A stretch of 64,000 nt of DNA from assembly GCA_030704615.1 (NCBI GenBank), contig CM060732.1:38502001-38566000 (forward strand). Direction: 5' to 3'. Made by a program: the position numbers and the translations under genes. The notes under the pieces are model-generated. The model did no database searches and had not been told where the DNA came from. It saw only the letters and a program-made list of their open reading frames with translations. This DNA is from Takakia lepidozioides (taxonomy: Eukaryota; Plantae; Bryophyta). Positions 38,701 through 50,590 of the stretch are shown piece by piece (the stretch's first letter is position 1; every line of letters begins with the position of its first letter).

Positions 38701-40901
38701 AGCACCCATCCTGCACAGAGCAGACCATCCTTCGGGAAGCCTCATGTACTGAACAGACTGACGTCAACATGGTACCCAAACACTCTACAGCTGAACAGTT
38801 CATCAGACTGACAAGACTAACCACAAAGACAATGATGAAACCACAGCAGACTGACCAGCGAGTAGACTGACCACAACAGAGCGCAAAGCACTTAACGACA
38901 AAGACAGACGAGGAGACTGAGCACAGTACTCACCTGTGCTACTCCAGGAAACGACCCACATCTTTGTCCATGTCCAAGGCAGCTTGCGGTTCTTGTTCAT
39001 AAAGACGCCGGACTTTTCTTCGCCGGTCTCTTGGTACTTGGACCCTCCTCGCCTCCTCAGCATGGTCCACGACAATCCGCTTCTTGGCTTTGCCTCTCCC
39101 CTGGGAAGCAGGGACAGCTGTAGGCGGGCTGGATAGAGCAGACAAACGCAGCGCTGCCGCCCTACTTTGCAACAGAGACTGGTCAGCAGGTTTGTTTACA
39201 CTTGTTGGACCTGTCTTTGCAGCTTCATGGGTCGCATGCATAGAAATGACCCGCGCATCGGGGGGCGTGCTCACCCCCACACCTTTCTTGGTTGTCGATC
39301 CACGTTGCAGCATGGGCGGCGGAAGATGCCATGTCCTTAGAAGTAGACAGTCTGCCGACGGAGGGACGAACATCCTGTGAGGATACCGAGCAAAATGACG
39401 AATTAGCCCAATTTCACAATGTGCTAAAACATAAACAACAGTGCTGAAAGAGGAAATGGCACAACCTGCCCAAGGGGTGAGGGAACAGACTCCATGTAAT
39501 CCAGCGCTATACCAGACGGTGTCTGCGCAGCATGTGGTTCCTTGTCAGTATGCCTGTCAGCATGTTTAGTCTGTTGCTCAATGTGGGCAGTCTTCGGTGC
39601 CGGTTCTTCGTCAGTCCTTTCGTCTGTGAACTGTGCAGTCTGTTGGCAACTCTGCGGTTCAGTCTCTTCCTCAATGTGGGCAGGTTGGTCGTCAGTCCTT
39701 CCCTCTGTGAAGTGTGAAGTATGCTGGTTAGGCCGTGCAGTCTGAACTGTGCAGTCAGAGCTGAGCTGTGCAGTCTGCCGCTCCGAGCCATCCTGGTCAG
39801 TCCTTCCATCTGTGATCTGTGCAGTCTGCTGGTAAGTCTGCGGTTCAGTCTGCTCATCAATGAAGACAATATGCTGCCCCGCCACATGTTGCTCGGCAGT
39901 CCTTCCATGTGTCGACTATTCAGTGTGCTGGTAAGTCTGGTGGACAGCCGGCTGGGTGTTCGGATCTCCATGGACTTGGGAAACATCAAGAACATGTATG
40001 GAAGACCTACCGGCAATTGCTTCCTCAAACTCTTATGTAAGATCTATGATACGGTTTTACGTTCCCAAATTGAGTTCCATCATCACGTAAGACTCATCTA
40101 TGGCTTTCGCCACTGAGCGCACGAAAACGGGACTAAGCTGGAAGGTCATAGAACGCAAGCCACGGGGAGCTGGATAAAAATGTTTTACCGGTGACCTGAT
40201 GACGTCGTCAGTGAATGTGCCTGGGGGAAAAGTGGACTCGGTCAAAACACTCATACTGGCAGATCCAAAAACATGTTGTTGGGAACTCAGAAGAAATTCG
40301 TCCACAGGGTCCCGGTGAGGCCAGTGCATCCGAGTCTGTTGCACAATCCAGGGAACAGACTGGCTGTTAGTCTCTTGGATAGTCTGCTCGGCCATCTGCT
40401 GAGTGGATTCGCCAGTGTGCTGCACAGTCTGTTGAGGGGCAATCTGCTGGCTGGATTCGACGGTCTACTGCACGGTCTGCTGCGCCGTCTGCTGAGGGGC
40501 AGTCTGGTGGCCATGTTCGCTGGTCTGCTGCACAGTCGGCTGAAGGGCAGTCTGTTGGCGGTCTGTTCTCCGATCTGCTGCAAAGTCTGCAAAGTTCGCT
40601 GCCCGCTCAGTACTGTTTGCACAATACTGAGTATGTGTGTGCGGGTAGTCTGCTGGGAGTGATCCGGCCTATTATCCGGGACGGTCTGGTGCACATGCTC
40701 GGTCTCCAGCACTTGGGCAGTCTGCCCACATGTCGTGAGGAATATGTTGTTGGACATTCTTGTGGCCAGTCTGCTGGACAGTCTCCTCCTTGTAAAGCCA
40801 GGACAAGGTCCCTTGCACCTCTGGCAAAAGAATCGAAAGCAGCACTGGCTTGTCTCCCAGATCAACTCGCCCTGCAACACATGTTTATGCAAATGTGAAC
40901 T

Positions 40902-41759
40902 TCAAAAAAAGTTGGCAAAAGAAATTGAGCTGAAACACGAAAGTTGCCTATAACATTTTACCTTCCAAGAGATTTCCGACGAGGCCAATGTCCTTGATTT
41001 GCCGGCACAGGCATGCTCCATCGAGATGAGCAATGGCGCCGATGCGGTCTTCAGTTGGGATCCCACACCACAGGACTTTGAAGACATTGGGATTTCAAAA
41101 ACAATGTCAAATACTGTTCGCTCCATCACCAATGCAAACCGGTGCAATGCGTCATCCACCACAAACTTCTGTGAATGGTCTGTTCCATGGAGTAAGTCCA
41201 TCCTCAAACTATGCAGATCCTTCATCAACTTGTTGTATGAGCGAAAATTGCCAAATTGCATCCATTTGTGTTGTAGGAATGAAGCTGTCATGTGCTCAAA
41301 GTCCTCCTCAGTCAATCCGAACAAGTGCTTTCTTCGCACCCCAAAGATTGGATGTGCCATAGGCATATGTCTGAGGTCTTCAGGTCGTGGGTCATCCATG
41401 AGAATCAGCTGCACAAGTAGAGGCGGCGCATTTTGGACGCTTGTGGCTTCAATGGCAACAACAGAGGCGGCTTCCAGAACATGGTTGGCTTCCTCAATAG
41501 AAAACTCCATGGAATAATGAAATGGTACAAATGACCACCGGCTGTCCGCAACAATCCAGTGGAGCTCATTATGCCAATCCAAATGGGGATTAATTTCTCC
41601 CACCCTAAGCCGGGGAAGTGTGAGGTTTTCAGCTCCCTGTCGAATTACCGGTGATGGCGATCGCCAAACTGCAAAAAACGCCGTGCTATGTGAGAGAAAG
41701 GCAGTCTGCTGGTCCGCAGTCTGTTGGATGACAGGACTTCCCATTGGCATGGGCAGCAT
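40902..41759 (-). CDS. Hypothetical protein or exon carried by MULE-1
   Basis: 285-codon open frame with globular-looking composition, preceded by Gln-rich repeats. No family recognised. Confidence 0.4.
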   Translation of the reverse strand: MLPMPMGSPVIQQTADQQTAFLSHSTAFFAVWRSPSPVIRQGAENLTLPRLRVGEINPHLDWHNELHWIVADSRWSFVPFHYSMEFSIEEANHVLEAASVVAIEATSVQNAPPLLVQLILMDDPRPEDLRHMPMAHPIFGVRRKHLFGLTEEDFEHMTASFLQHKWMQFGNFRSYNKLMKDLHSLRMDLLHGTDHSQKFVVDDALHRFALVMERTVFDIVFEIPMSSKSCGVGSQLKTASAPLLISMEHACAGKSRTLASSEISWKVKCYRQLSCFSSISFANFF

Positions 41760-41820
41760 GATGGGCTCCTGGAGAGGAGTCTGCAGGATGACAGGCTGTT
41801 CGTTGGGAGTCTGCTCCGTT

Positions 41821-41930
41821 GGAGTCTGCTGGATGACAGGCTGCTGAACGGGAGTCTGCTGGATGACAGACTGCTGAACGAGAGTCTACTGGATGACGGC
41901 CTGCTGAATGAGAGTCTGCTGGATGGCACA
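41821..41930. repeat. 30-bp tandem repeat (about 3.7 copies)
   Basis: (G/A)GAGTCT(G/A)CTGGATGAC(A/G)G.CTGCTGAA.G at 41821, 41851, 41881 and 41911. Encodes VIQQT-like repeats on the minus strand. Confidence 0.85.
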
Positions 41931-44900
41931 CTCGGCTGTCCCAGACGCATTCCCCCCCGACGCTTCTGAATATGTAATGCTGCTATAGCAGGCAGATGAC
42001 CCAAAATACTTCAATAATATGTACTCTCGCACGCGGTCCACTTCCGCACGCACTGTAGTCGCTTGTAAAGGAGCATCATTGCTAGGTATCCGCCAAGCCT
42101 GAATGGCCCTACGAATATAAACATGTTCATCGAACTTGGACGTCAGGAACATGGACGTGGACTCTATATTCACCTCATGCAGCGGTCTGGACTCACAGAC
42201 CAACAGACTGACAGATGTAACGTGCGTACGTAGGGTGGAGGCAACTAGTAGATTGTACCAGTGGACTGGACCAACGGACTGACAGACGTAACGTGCGTAC
42301 GTAGGGTGGAGTCAACTAGTAGATTGTACCAGTGGACTGGACCAACGGACTGACAACGGACTCAGTAAGTAATGCAGCGATATAAAACAGACTACCTGAC
42401 GAGCGGAGTGAGCCAGCGGACTGAGGAGAGAACGCAGCGGACTGATCAGACTGAATAGGCAACGTGACCCCGATGATGGACTCAAACAGCACAGAGAACA
42501 GACTGGGCGGTCAGACTGACCATTACCTCGTCTACTTCATCATCGTCATCTTCATCTTCAAAGCTGTTTAACCAGTTCTGTTCCGTATGTCGGATAAATG
42601 TGCGTAGTAGACCTGACTGGGTAACTCTATAGAAATAACGGAAGAAGTCTGGATCCCCAATTGGTGGTCACTCTGGTGGGAAAAGCCAAGTCAACGAGGC
42701 GCAATGTGGGCCAGGGTAGACTGGCCCTTCAGTGCTCTGTTGAGTTTTGGTTTTGACCCTAAACCTTGGCATGGGTCGCGATATTTGTGTGAGTTTGCTG
42801 TCGAGTCTTGTCAGACAAGTCCAATGGCCACTGAACTTGTCACCCCTTCCAGGCCTTCGAAGTCATCATTCCGGATAATGATTTGCCCGCCCTTAGTCAG
42901 ATTTACTTCAGTATCAGTACTGATGGGGTGGGTCTGCCGCCCAGGACGGGGGTTTCAGTCTGTTGCCTGGATTTTGCCCTGCCTCGCGAGCAACCTTGCA
43001 GCCTTCTCATTTTTTTGCCTTTTTTTTTTTGGGCCCATCACTCAGTTTACGTTTTCTGGCAGCGTTCTGGCGGTTCCCTGCACTTGCAACTCCTCCATTG
43101 ACGGGCCCCCAATGGACTCCATACCGTTCGCCACTTCGTTAATTTCCAAAGTTGCGGGGGTCAAGCCTGATCGCGCAAGCGCATTGTGGCCTCTTTGACA
43201 ATCGACATTTCCTTCAGTATCGGCCAAGGCTTGAAATCCCCGTGGAAATCAATTGCAACAGTCTCCTTGCAACCCATGTCAACACAATGTTGATTTAGTT
43301 GGATTTTTGTCCTTGATAACCTCTTCACAGAAGTACATAAGAACTTGTCCTTCTGTCAATTCGAATTTTTGGCTTCCGGGCGCGGAGGTCTACAAATGCT
43401 TCCACTATTTTATGATCAAACTTGTCTGGTGAGTACCATTACCTTCGCTCCTTCTTCAGTCTGGTTTGGTGCACAAAATCCACCCAGTCCGCTCCACCGT
43501 TTTCACAAGCATCCTCCATCACTGCAGAATGAAACGGGGTGCAAGGACATGAGCGACAGATAGAAGTCCTATGAAAAGACTCACCCTAAGCAAGAAGAGG
43601 ACACAGAATGGATGGAACACCGTACAACTGAGAACCTCACAGAGCCGATGAACTTCGGTTGTTACGAAGGTGAGCGTTTTTGCGACGCTTCGTGGCTCAC
43701 CACGACTCTCCACACATGGGGAAAACGCCGTCTTTCGTTACGGTGAATGGAAATGCAAAGAGGAAAACAAAACAGTGCGAAGAAACAGGCGCGAAGATAA
43801 TGGAGTCGACCGCACAGGGAACATGAGAAGAAAGTAGAAGTAGAAGGGGGAAAACGGGCATGGCACTGCAACGTGGCGCGATTTCATAGGCGCCAACAAT
43901 CCGCCGTCATCGCAATTGAATACGTCCACTGAACGAACGCATCAAGTACTAAATCATCCACGGTCCTCTCCCGTGCAGTAGACTCATTCCCATCGGGCCG
44001 AGAGTCCACGGACCACCAGTCCAGCGGACTATTCGCTTTCTGAGGCGAAGCGGCTTCAATTGGAGGCACTTCCCTGCCAGCGACACACTGAAAAGAGACT
44101 GGCAGCAAACAGACTGACAAAGTATCAGACGAACAGACTGATATCCATCGGGGAACGATTGTCGAGTATACTTCCAGTTCAGCAGACTGGTTTGCAAAGA
44201 AGCGGGTGGAATGAAGACAAAAGAGAGTAAGGGGAGAACAGGAAAGTCGAACAACCCATTGCGAACATGATTGCGGCACATAGACTGATGCATGCACAGT
44301 CCAACAGACTGATATCCATAGAGGAGAATGTCCAGCAGACGGACGTTTCGCCAGACTGGCGGGAGAACAAGCCAAAAGACTGACCGGAGGGGAAAATAAG
44401 AAGTCAAACAGACTTAGTGCAACAGACTTCCGACACAACAGACTGACAAATTCACAAGTGCGACAGACTGATATCCCAACAGACGGACTTCCAGCAGACC
44501 GCCTCCAAACGGAACTGTTATGCACGCGATAAGGGGAATATCCGGAGCACTTACGGGCCAGCGGATCCACTGTGAACAGACTCGCGACACAATGGACCTC
44601 AAACATCCACGCGCATTTGCAGAATGTGGAATTGTCTCAGTCTGGTCCGTCTCCTGGCAAATGCGAACAATCTGTACGATTCTGCACCTACTCCCGTCGT
44701 GGCTCAGACATCTGCATTCAGCAGGTGCGTGTGGATGTTTGAGGACCTAGGACTGGATGTGTTCCGTGACGACTCGAATTGTTTTTTGTGGTGCCATCCA
44801 TTATATAATACCATGTGGATCCATCACAAGCTGGGTTTCTTCAGATTCACCTTTTTTTTTCCACAATTATGCATGACGGATGCAAGCCGCTATACTTGGT

Positions 44901-46960
44901 CATATAAACAGTCCCATCGTCCGATACGAAATCTGCAATACACGCCCCCATGTGCATACGCTTCCGCCATTTCGCGCCATGTTACCCAGGGGTTCTTTAA
45001 CGAACTAAACTGTGAAGGCTCTCATGAGGGATGCAGTACGAAGGGGCTAAACGTATCATGACGGATCACAAGCAGAGGACGTTATCGACGACAGATGTCC
45101 ACATTTTCCATATTTATGACATAGAACCAAACCATAAAACGAAGGTTCCGAAAGCACAACAAGAAGGCAAAAAATAGTGGAAGCATATGTACGATGGTGG
45201 CTGTAGTGCCGAGACAGTCATCTCATGTTCAAGCACACGTTTCATCATCATCATGAACATCGCGCGCAAAAAAAGAACAGTCGCATGCATGGAAACGCCA
45301 ACCGCAACATCGGACAACAAACAGCCGTAAAAAGAGAGCGGCCGGGATTGGTGGCAAGATCATTGCCATTTTCGCAGCCCTCAAAATGAAGGGCTCGGAT
45401 GGGTTATGGGAATGGACGGTGGCGATCCTACGCCGTCAGCGGACAGGATGGCAGGGGAATGGCCAGCGGATTGGCGGGCATACTAACAGACTGACAGACT
45501 GCTGGGCAGCAGACTCATGGGCGGGGACTAGCCGCGCGGCGGACGGGGGCGCGGTTGCTGCAGCTGCGCTCGCGCGCAGCAGCGGGCAAGGTGCTGGGAG
45601 CAGGGCGTCCGTGCGCGGGGCCCACCGGCCACATCGCACGTGCCCATTGAAGACCCTATTATCTTAAAATGAGAGGCGGTAAAAAATGGGCCCACCCACT
45701 GCAGTGGGAGATTCATCTGCTGCAACATGTAGGTAAGTACCTTTTGTCCGTTCAGAATTTCCAGATTGTCATACCCGTTTTCTATCGCGGGGTCACTTTT
45801 TCCTACAAAGTCAAACTTACCCACTCGGCACCTAGGGGTTAGAAATACCACTACCTTTAGCACCATCTCAACTTCCATGGTGGCTTCAGTTGGTGACGGC
45901 CACACCATTCTCGAAACGAGGGTCGATCCCCAGCTTGGTACGACATGATGATCTCAGATCCTCCACCATGGACGAGTAGTGGGGGTAAACCCACAGCACG
46001 AAAGAAGCACCAGCTCTTTACCACTCTTTTCCTTGAGAGACGCATCCTGCTCAGCGGCTCCTCCACATTTTGGCATCTCCATACTTCACCATTCCGGTCT
46101 TATTCTGGAATCGCTCAGGGATAAAAGGTAGCGCCACTTCTAGGACAGAAACTCTTTCTTTTCCGCTATTATGCCCAATCAGCTTAGTAGTTTGGCCTGC
46201 CACTCCCTGAGCTCTGAATAAATTCCCCAGGCCGACCTATGGTGTGGAACCGTGACACAAGGTTGTTGTGATGGTAAATGGAAAGAAGAGAGAGTACAGA
46301 AGGTTTCCTCCTTGATCTTTGACTAGTGCTTGTGCGGGATAAAAGAAGGGCCATATTATCCACAGAGACGAGCAGGCACAAAAGGACTAGCATTCACCTC
46401 CAACCAACTTTACACTCGTGCCTCCCCCTCCTGGTCCCTAGACCAGACCCGCGCAAGGAAGCAGCAGGAAGGGCAGATATGATACCGACTTGACAATTGC
46501 AGAGGTCTTTTGAAAAAACTTCACACAGTCACACGTGGAGCTGAAACAGCAATTTGCCTTTGGAGGGACTGATTTTGTTACAATATACCAATTGATACTG
46601 CCACATGAGATCCTGATTGGTGCTGATAAAAATGTGCTAGTTGAGTCTCGCTCCCTTGAAACTCTCGCTTCCTGATGCAGTAATGCACGCAGGACTACAC
46701 ATCTGCATGTGAGCCAGGTTTCGATAAATAGTCAAGCAGCCTACAAGCGTCAGAGATGAAAGGTCTTCATGGTTACAGCTGGTGGTGCAATCCTTATGGT
46801 ACTTGACTGAGTTGAGCTCGTGAATACAAATCTTTGATAGAACTAACAAAACAACAACATGACTTTGACTAGTAGATAGGAAAAACAGAGGACACAAATA
46901 AAACTGTCTAGCAGGAAAAAATTTCATGACTTTCGATAATGATGCATAGGGAAAATTTCC

Positions 46961-48183
46961 CTATAGCTCAAACGCAAGTCTTATCTGATGAGACTGGAAT
47001 GCGAAAGGAGCACCATATCGCAAGCTCTCAGGCCTCTTCCTGCGCCTATCGTTCTCGTATGCTTGCTTGTTCGTGCCATCCCACCAGCTTTTTTCTGCAG
47101 GTCGTACGTTCCCATTAAAGAATTCCTTAAGCAGAGACCTCCCGACAGTTTCATGGTTTATTTCAAGATCCATCAATGCATCCAGGACCTTTGGTGCTCA
47201 AATGACTCAATTTTAGTCAAGTGAATGCCTGTTGTGCTTTGTCCCCGACTCGCCCCTGCAACCACCACATTTTGGATCATGCCGAGACCACCAACCGCAA
47301 GCAGGTACCATGTGTTCTGCTTCAGGCCCGCAACCGTGAGGAGAAATACAATCCACAGAGCTGCTAGCACCACACACATAACCTGGGTTATCCGGAACGA
47401 GGCAGGGACACTGCCAAGCATCAAAACTTCTTTGTCCTTCAGGTGTGCCCCATTTTCGTCACGCACACGCGTCGCCAGGCGGTAGCCCTGCTCGGATCGT
47501 CGCCTCATCATTGGGCTCTCCGCCGCTGCCAGATCCTCGAGATCCAGTCCTCTTCCATCGCCGAGGATGACCATCACATGCCTTGTGCCATTCCCGCCAG
47601 TCAGACATACCACCTTCTCGCTCTTTGTTCGACATGCCCACTTTTCAAACCGCCATTGCGGTACCGAGCCTGTAGTCAGAGCTAGCAGTGTTCCTGCAGC
47701 TGTCGCAAGGAGGATTCCCGGGTCACCGTACAATCCGCATGGGATAGCTGAAATTCCCAGCTGCAAAACTATGACCAGAACTCCCCCTACCCAACACCAG
47801 TCCTTGTCTGGACTACCTGCTTCCCTTTCTTCCGCTTTGAAGACAGTAATATGTAGGCCGATGTGGTCAGCAAGTGGAAACTCAAAGTCCCGGAGCAACC
47901 GGCTGAGTACCCAGGATCTGTTGGAGCGGATGTAGCCAGACTCGGCGTTGATGACCTTGGCGGGGTAGTCCGGCAGAGGCATTAGACGTCCATCTCCCAC
48001 GATTGCCATCAGGGTGCTGAACGAGTATGCTACCCATCCGAAACTGACAACGGGCACCAGACGATCTCCTGAGAGTTGAGCAAGAGCTTTCTGTACTACA
48101 TCACCGCCAATAATGAGTAAGACCGACAAGATGTCGGAGGGGCTCCGCCATTGCGCGGACAGCAGGGACACGGTGGAACTCAT
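46961..48183 (-). pseudogene. Fungal-type conserved multi-pass membrane protein, one frameshift near 47190
   Basis: QWRSPSDILSVLLIIGGDVVQKALAQLSG, SFGWVAY, GDGRLMP.PD, NRSWVLSRLLRDFE, QWRFEKW.CR, GNGTRHV, GLDLEDLA, GLKQNTWYLLAVGGLGMIQN and, after the shift, LMDLE...GRSLLKEFF...E..WW. I recall this motif series from ascomycete hypothetical proteins. A putative 48-nt 5'UTR intron GTAAGT..CAG lies at 48233-48186. Confidence 0.78.
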
Positions 48184-48720
48184 CACTGAGAGGTTGCAAA
48201 GGTAAGCAATGCTAACAATCTCTGCTAACTTACGTTACTGCTTATGGTTCGACCTTCTCAAGCAAGTGTTCCATACATTCGTGCGACCCACTGTCGTTTC
48301 TTGCGACTGTACTAACAAAGGAGATGACTGACGAACTCTTCTCTGGACTCTCGGTGGGACTCATCAGAGGTGAGAGCGGGAAGGTCAGGCAGGATTGTAC
48401 TGTATAAACGTCATAATCAACGAGTTTGTTTCTGGGTGTTTTGATCGGCAACGGATCATCCCACTGCAGTATGTAACTTAACCATTTGAAACCCCTAGTC
48501 TGGGATAGTTTTCCCTTGAATTTGCAGCGGCATACATGTCAACAGCTATTTGGATGGGAAATGGTGCCATTGATTCAAGGTGCACAGCCAGCTGCAGCCA
48601 GACTCCACCGACTTTTACCAAGTCAACGTCATTATATTCTCTGGGTGCAGTCGGTATCATGTTTTTACATGTGGCCCTCACAACATAATACTTATGTATC
48701 GCGTTCGATGCACTTGAGCA

Positions 48721-48790
48721 GGTAGCCCAGTGGTTGGGTGTTTGTGCCTCGCCTGTGCATAACCTAGGTGATCCTGGGTTCAATCCTTCA
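48721..48790 (+). other. tRNA-derived SINE-like head (Pol III A/B boxes)
   Basis: GGTAGCCCAGTGG ... GGGTTCAATCC. No complete cloverleaf. Confidence 0.45.
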
Positions 48791-49249
48791 ACATGTGCCT
48801 TCAGACCGTCCATTGGGGTCTCGATGGCCTGTGTGTTGAGCAGTAGGCTCTGTAAATTCACTGGACGTTAAAGAATCTTTATCTTTATCATTATGCTCAA
48901 GAGCATTGCAGACTCCAGAGTTTGGTGCCTGGCCAGTGGCAATCAGAGGTTCGGTTGTTCGGACAGGCTTCCACAGTTATTATTAAATCCCTTTTGACTA
49001 AGAAGTACAATGATCATACTGACAGCTTCATCTGGGGCAGTGGGGCCGCAGAATCACAATAGCAGTAATACCGTAACATAATATACTGCACGAATGCGGT
49101 GCTCGGTTTGGACTGTGGACTGATCGCCGTTGGGGCCCAGTGGACGACGCGTCTGCATCACGCTGTCTCAATGTGCTCTTGGGTTTCGATCCGAGCCCAC
49201 CGTTCTTTTCGGAAACGCTACATAAGCACACCATAACGCTGACCCCATG

Positions 49250-49498
49250 CAGCCATTCTCTTAGTGGCGAATAATCGCCAGATTTGGACCTCAAAAAATA
49301 AAATCGAATTTTCTGTCGCAAATCCACTGTTTTTTCATGGATGAAATCGCCAAATTTCTCCAAATAAAAAATAAAAAATGGATGAATTCGCCAAATATGG
49401 ATGATGGTACATAGGTGGATGAACAGAATAAATGGCTATATCCTGCAAAACTCTGTAGCCATTCGTGCTATTTTCCAAATTTCTTAAGAAAAACACTG
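49250..49498. mobile_element. hAT-type MITE
   Basis: Ends CAGCCATTCTCTTA and TAAGAAAAACACTG. 8-bp TSD ACCCCATG/ACCCCAGG. Confidence 0.8.
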
Positions 49499-49516
49499 AC
49501 CCCAGGTTGTGTGAAG

Positions 49517-50590
49517 GCCAGCGAATTTTCGGTAGCAACGTCGTAGCGACGGTGGCTCCCTAGTCTCCCTGCAGCGCACCTCCCGAGGCTTCGCACGCCT
49601 GGCCACACACGTGGGCCTGCCCCTCCATGTCTTCGTGTAGCTCGCCAATAGCTCGCCCGTGGCCCATAAACTTTTGCTTTACCCTTTGCCCTTCCCTGCT
49701 CGGACCTTGCACGCACTTCACCATTATGCAATTTGGGGGAATGATAAGAACAACCTTCCAGAGGGTACTCTAAAATTGTTAACTTTAACAAGGCTCATTT
49801 TAATATTGAATATAAACAAAAACAATATTGGTATACCAAACATATTGGTATACCCTCCGGAAGGTTGTTTCAATCATTTTTTAACTTACATAATGTCCAA
49901 ACAAATAGGTGTAATACCTTACGGAAGGTTGTTTTTGCCCTCAGGTCATCTCCAATGGTTACCTTTGGGAAGGTTGTGCATGTCAAGTTTAAAATTGCTT
50001 AATCCAAATAATGTTAGAGTACCCTCTGGAAGGTTGTTGTGACTCATTTTCAAACTTGCATAAATCCAAATAGATTTGCTTAATACCTTAAGGAAGGTTG
50101 TTTCTACCATTAGGTCATATGCATGAAAACCGGGCGGAGGGTTGTTCATCTCAATTTTAAAATTGCTCTATCCAAACGTATCGGTGTCCCCTCCGGAAGA
50201 TTCCGTGTCATTTTTTAACTTGCATAAAAATCGAAACAAATGTGTTTAATACCTTACTGATGGTTGTTCCTATCATTAGGTCATGCGAGATGGATACATT
50301 TTGGAAGGTTGTTCATATCAAGTTTAAAACTGCTTAATCCAAATAATATTAGAATACCCTCTGGAAGGTTGTTCTTATCATTCCCCCAGATTGCATAATG
50401 GGGACGTGCATGAGGTCGGGGCAGGGAAGGGCAAAGGGAAAAGGAAAAGTTTAGGGGCAATGGGCGAGCCAGTTTTGGCGAGCTACATGAAGACATGGAG
50501 GGGCGGGTCCACATGTGTGGCCAGGGGTGTGAAGCCTCCTCGGGAGGTGCGCTGCTTGGAGACCAGCGTCACTACAAAAAATTCGCGGGC
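49517..50590. mobile_element. Foldback/MITE-like element with about 250-bp TIRs and internal reiterated motif
   Basis: Ends GCCAGCGAATTTT and AAAATTCGCGGGC. 8-bp TSD GTGTGAAG (49509-49516, 50591-50598). GAAGGTTGTT-type motif repeats at about 60-bp spacing inside. Confidence 0.88.

Larger units (their letters stand above)
8852..45677 (+). mobile_element. Mutator-like element MULE-1 (36.8 kb including nested insertions)
   Basis: TIRs of about 300 bp start GCCTCTCATTTTAAGATAATAGGGTCTTCAATGGGCACGTGCGATGTGGCCGG (8852-about 9180; reverse complement at about 45375-45677). Perfect 9-bp TSD GGTAAAAAA at 8843-8851 and 45678-45686. Confidence 0.96.

Noticed and set aside
45690-46450. Possible LINE ORF1 remnant
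   Set aside because: No diagnostic motif could be read with confidence.
48721-48790. Functional tRNA gene
   Set aside because: A and B boxes are present but there is no acceptor or anticodon stem.
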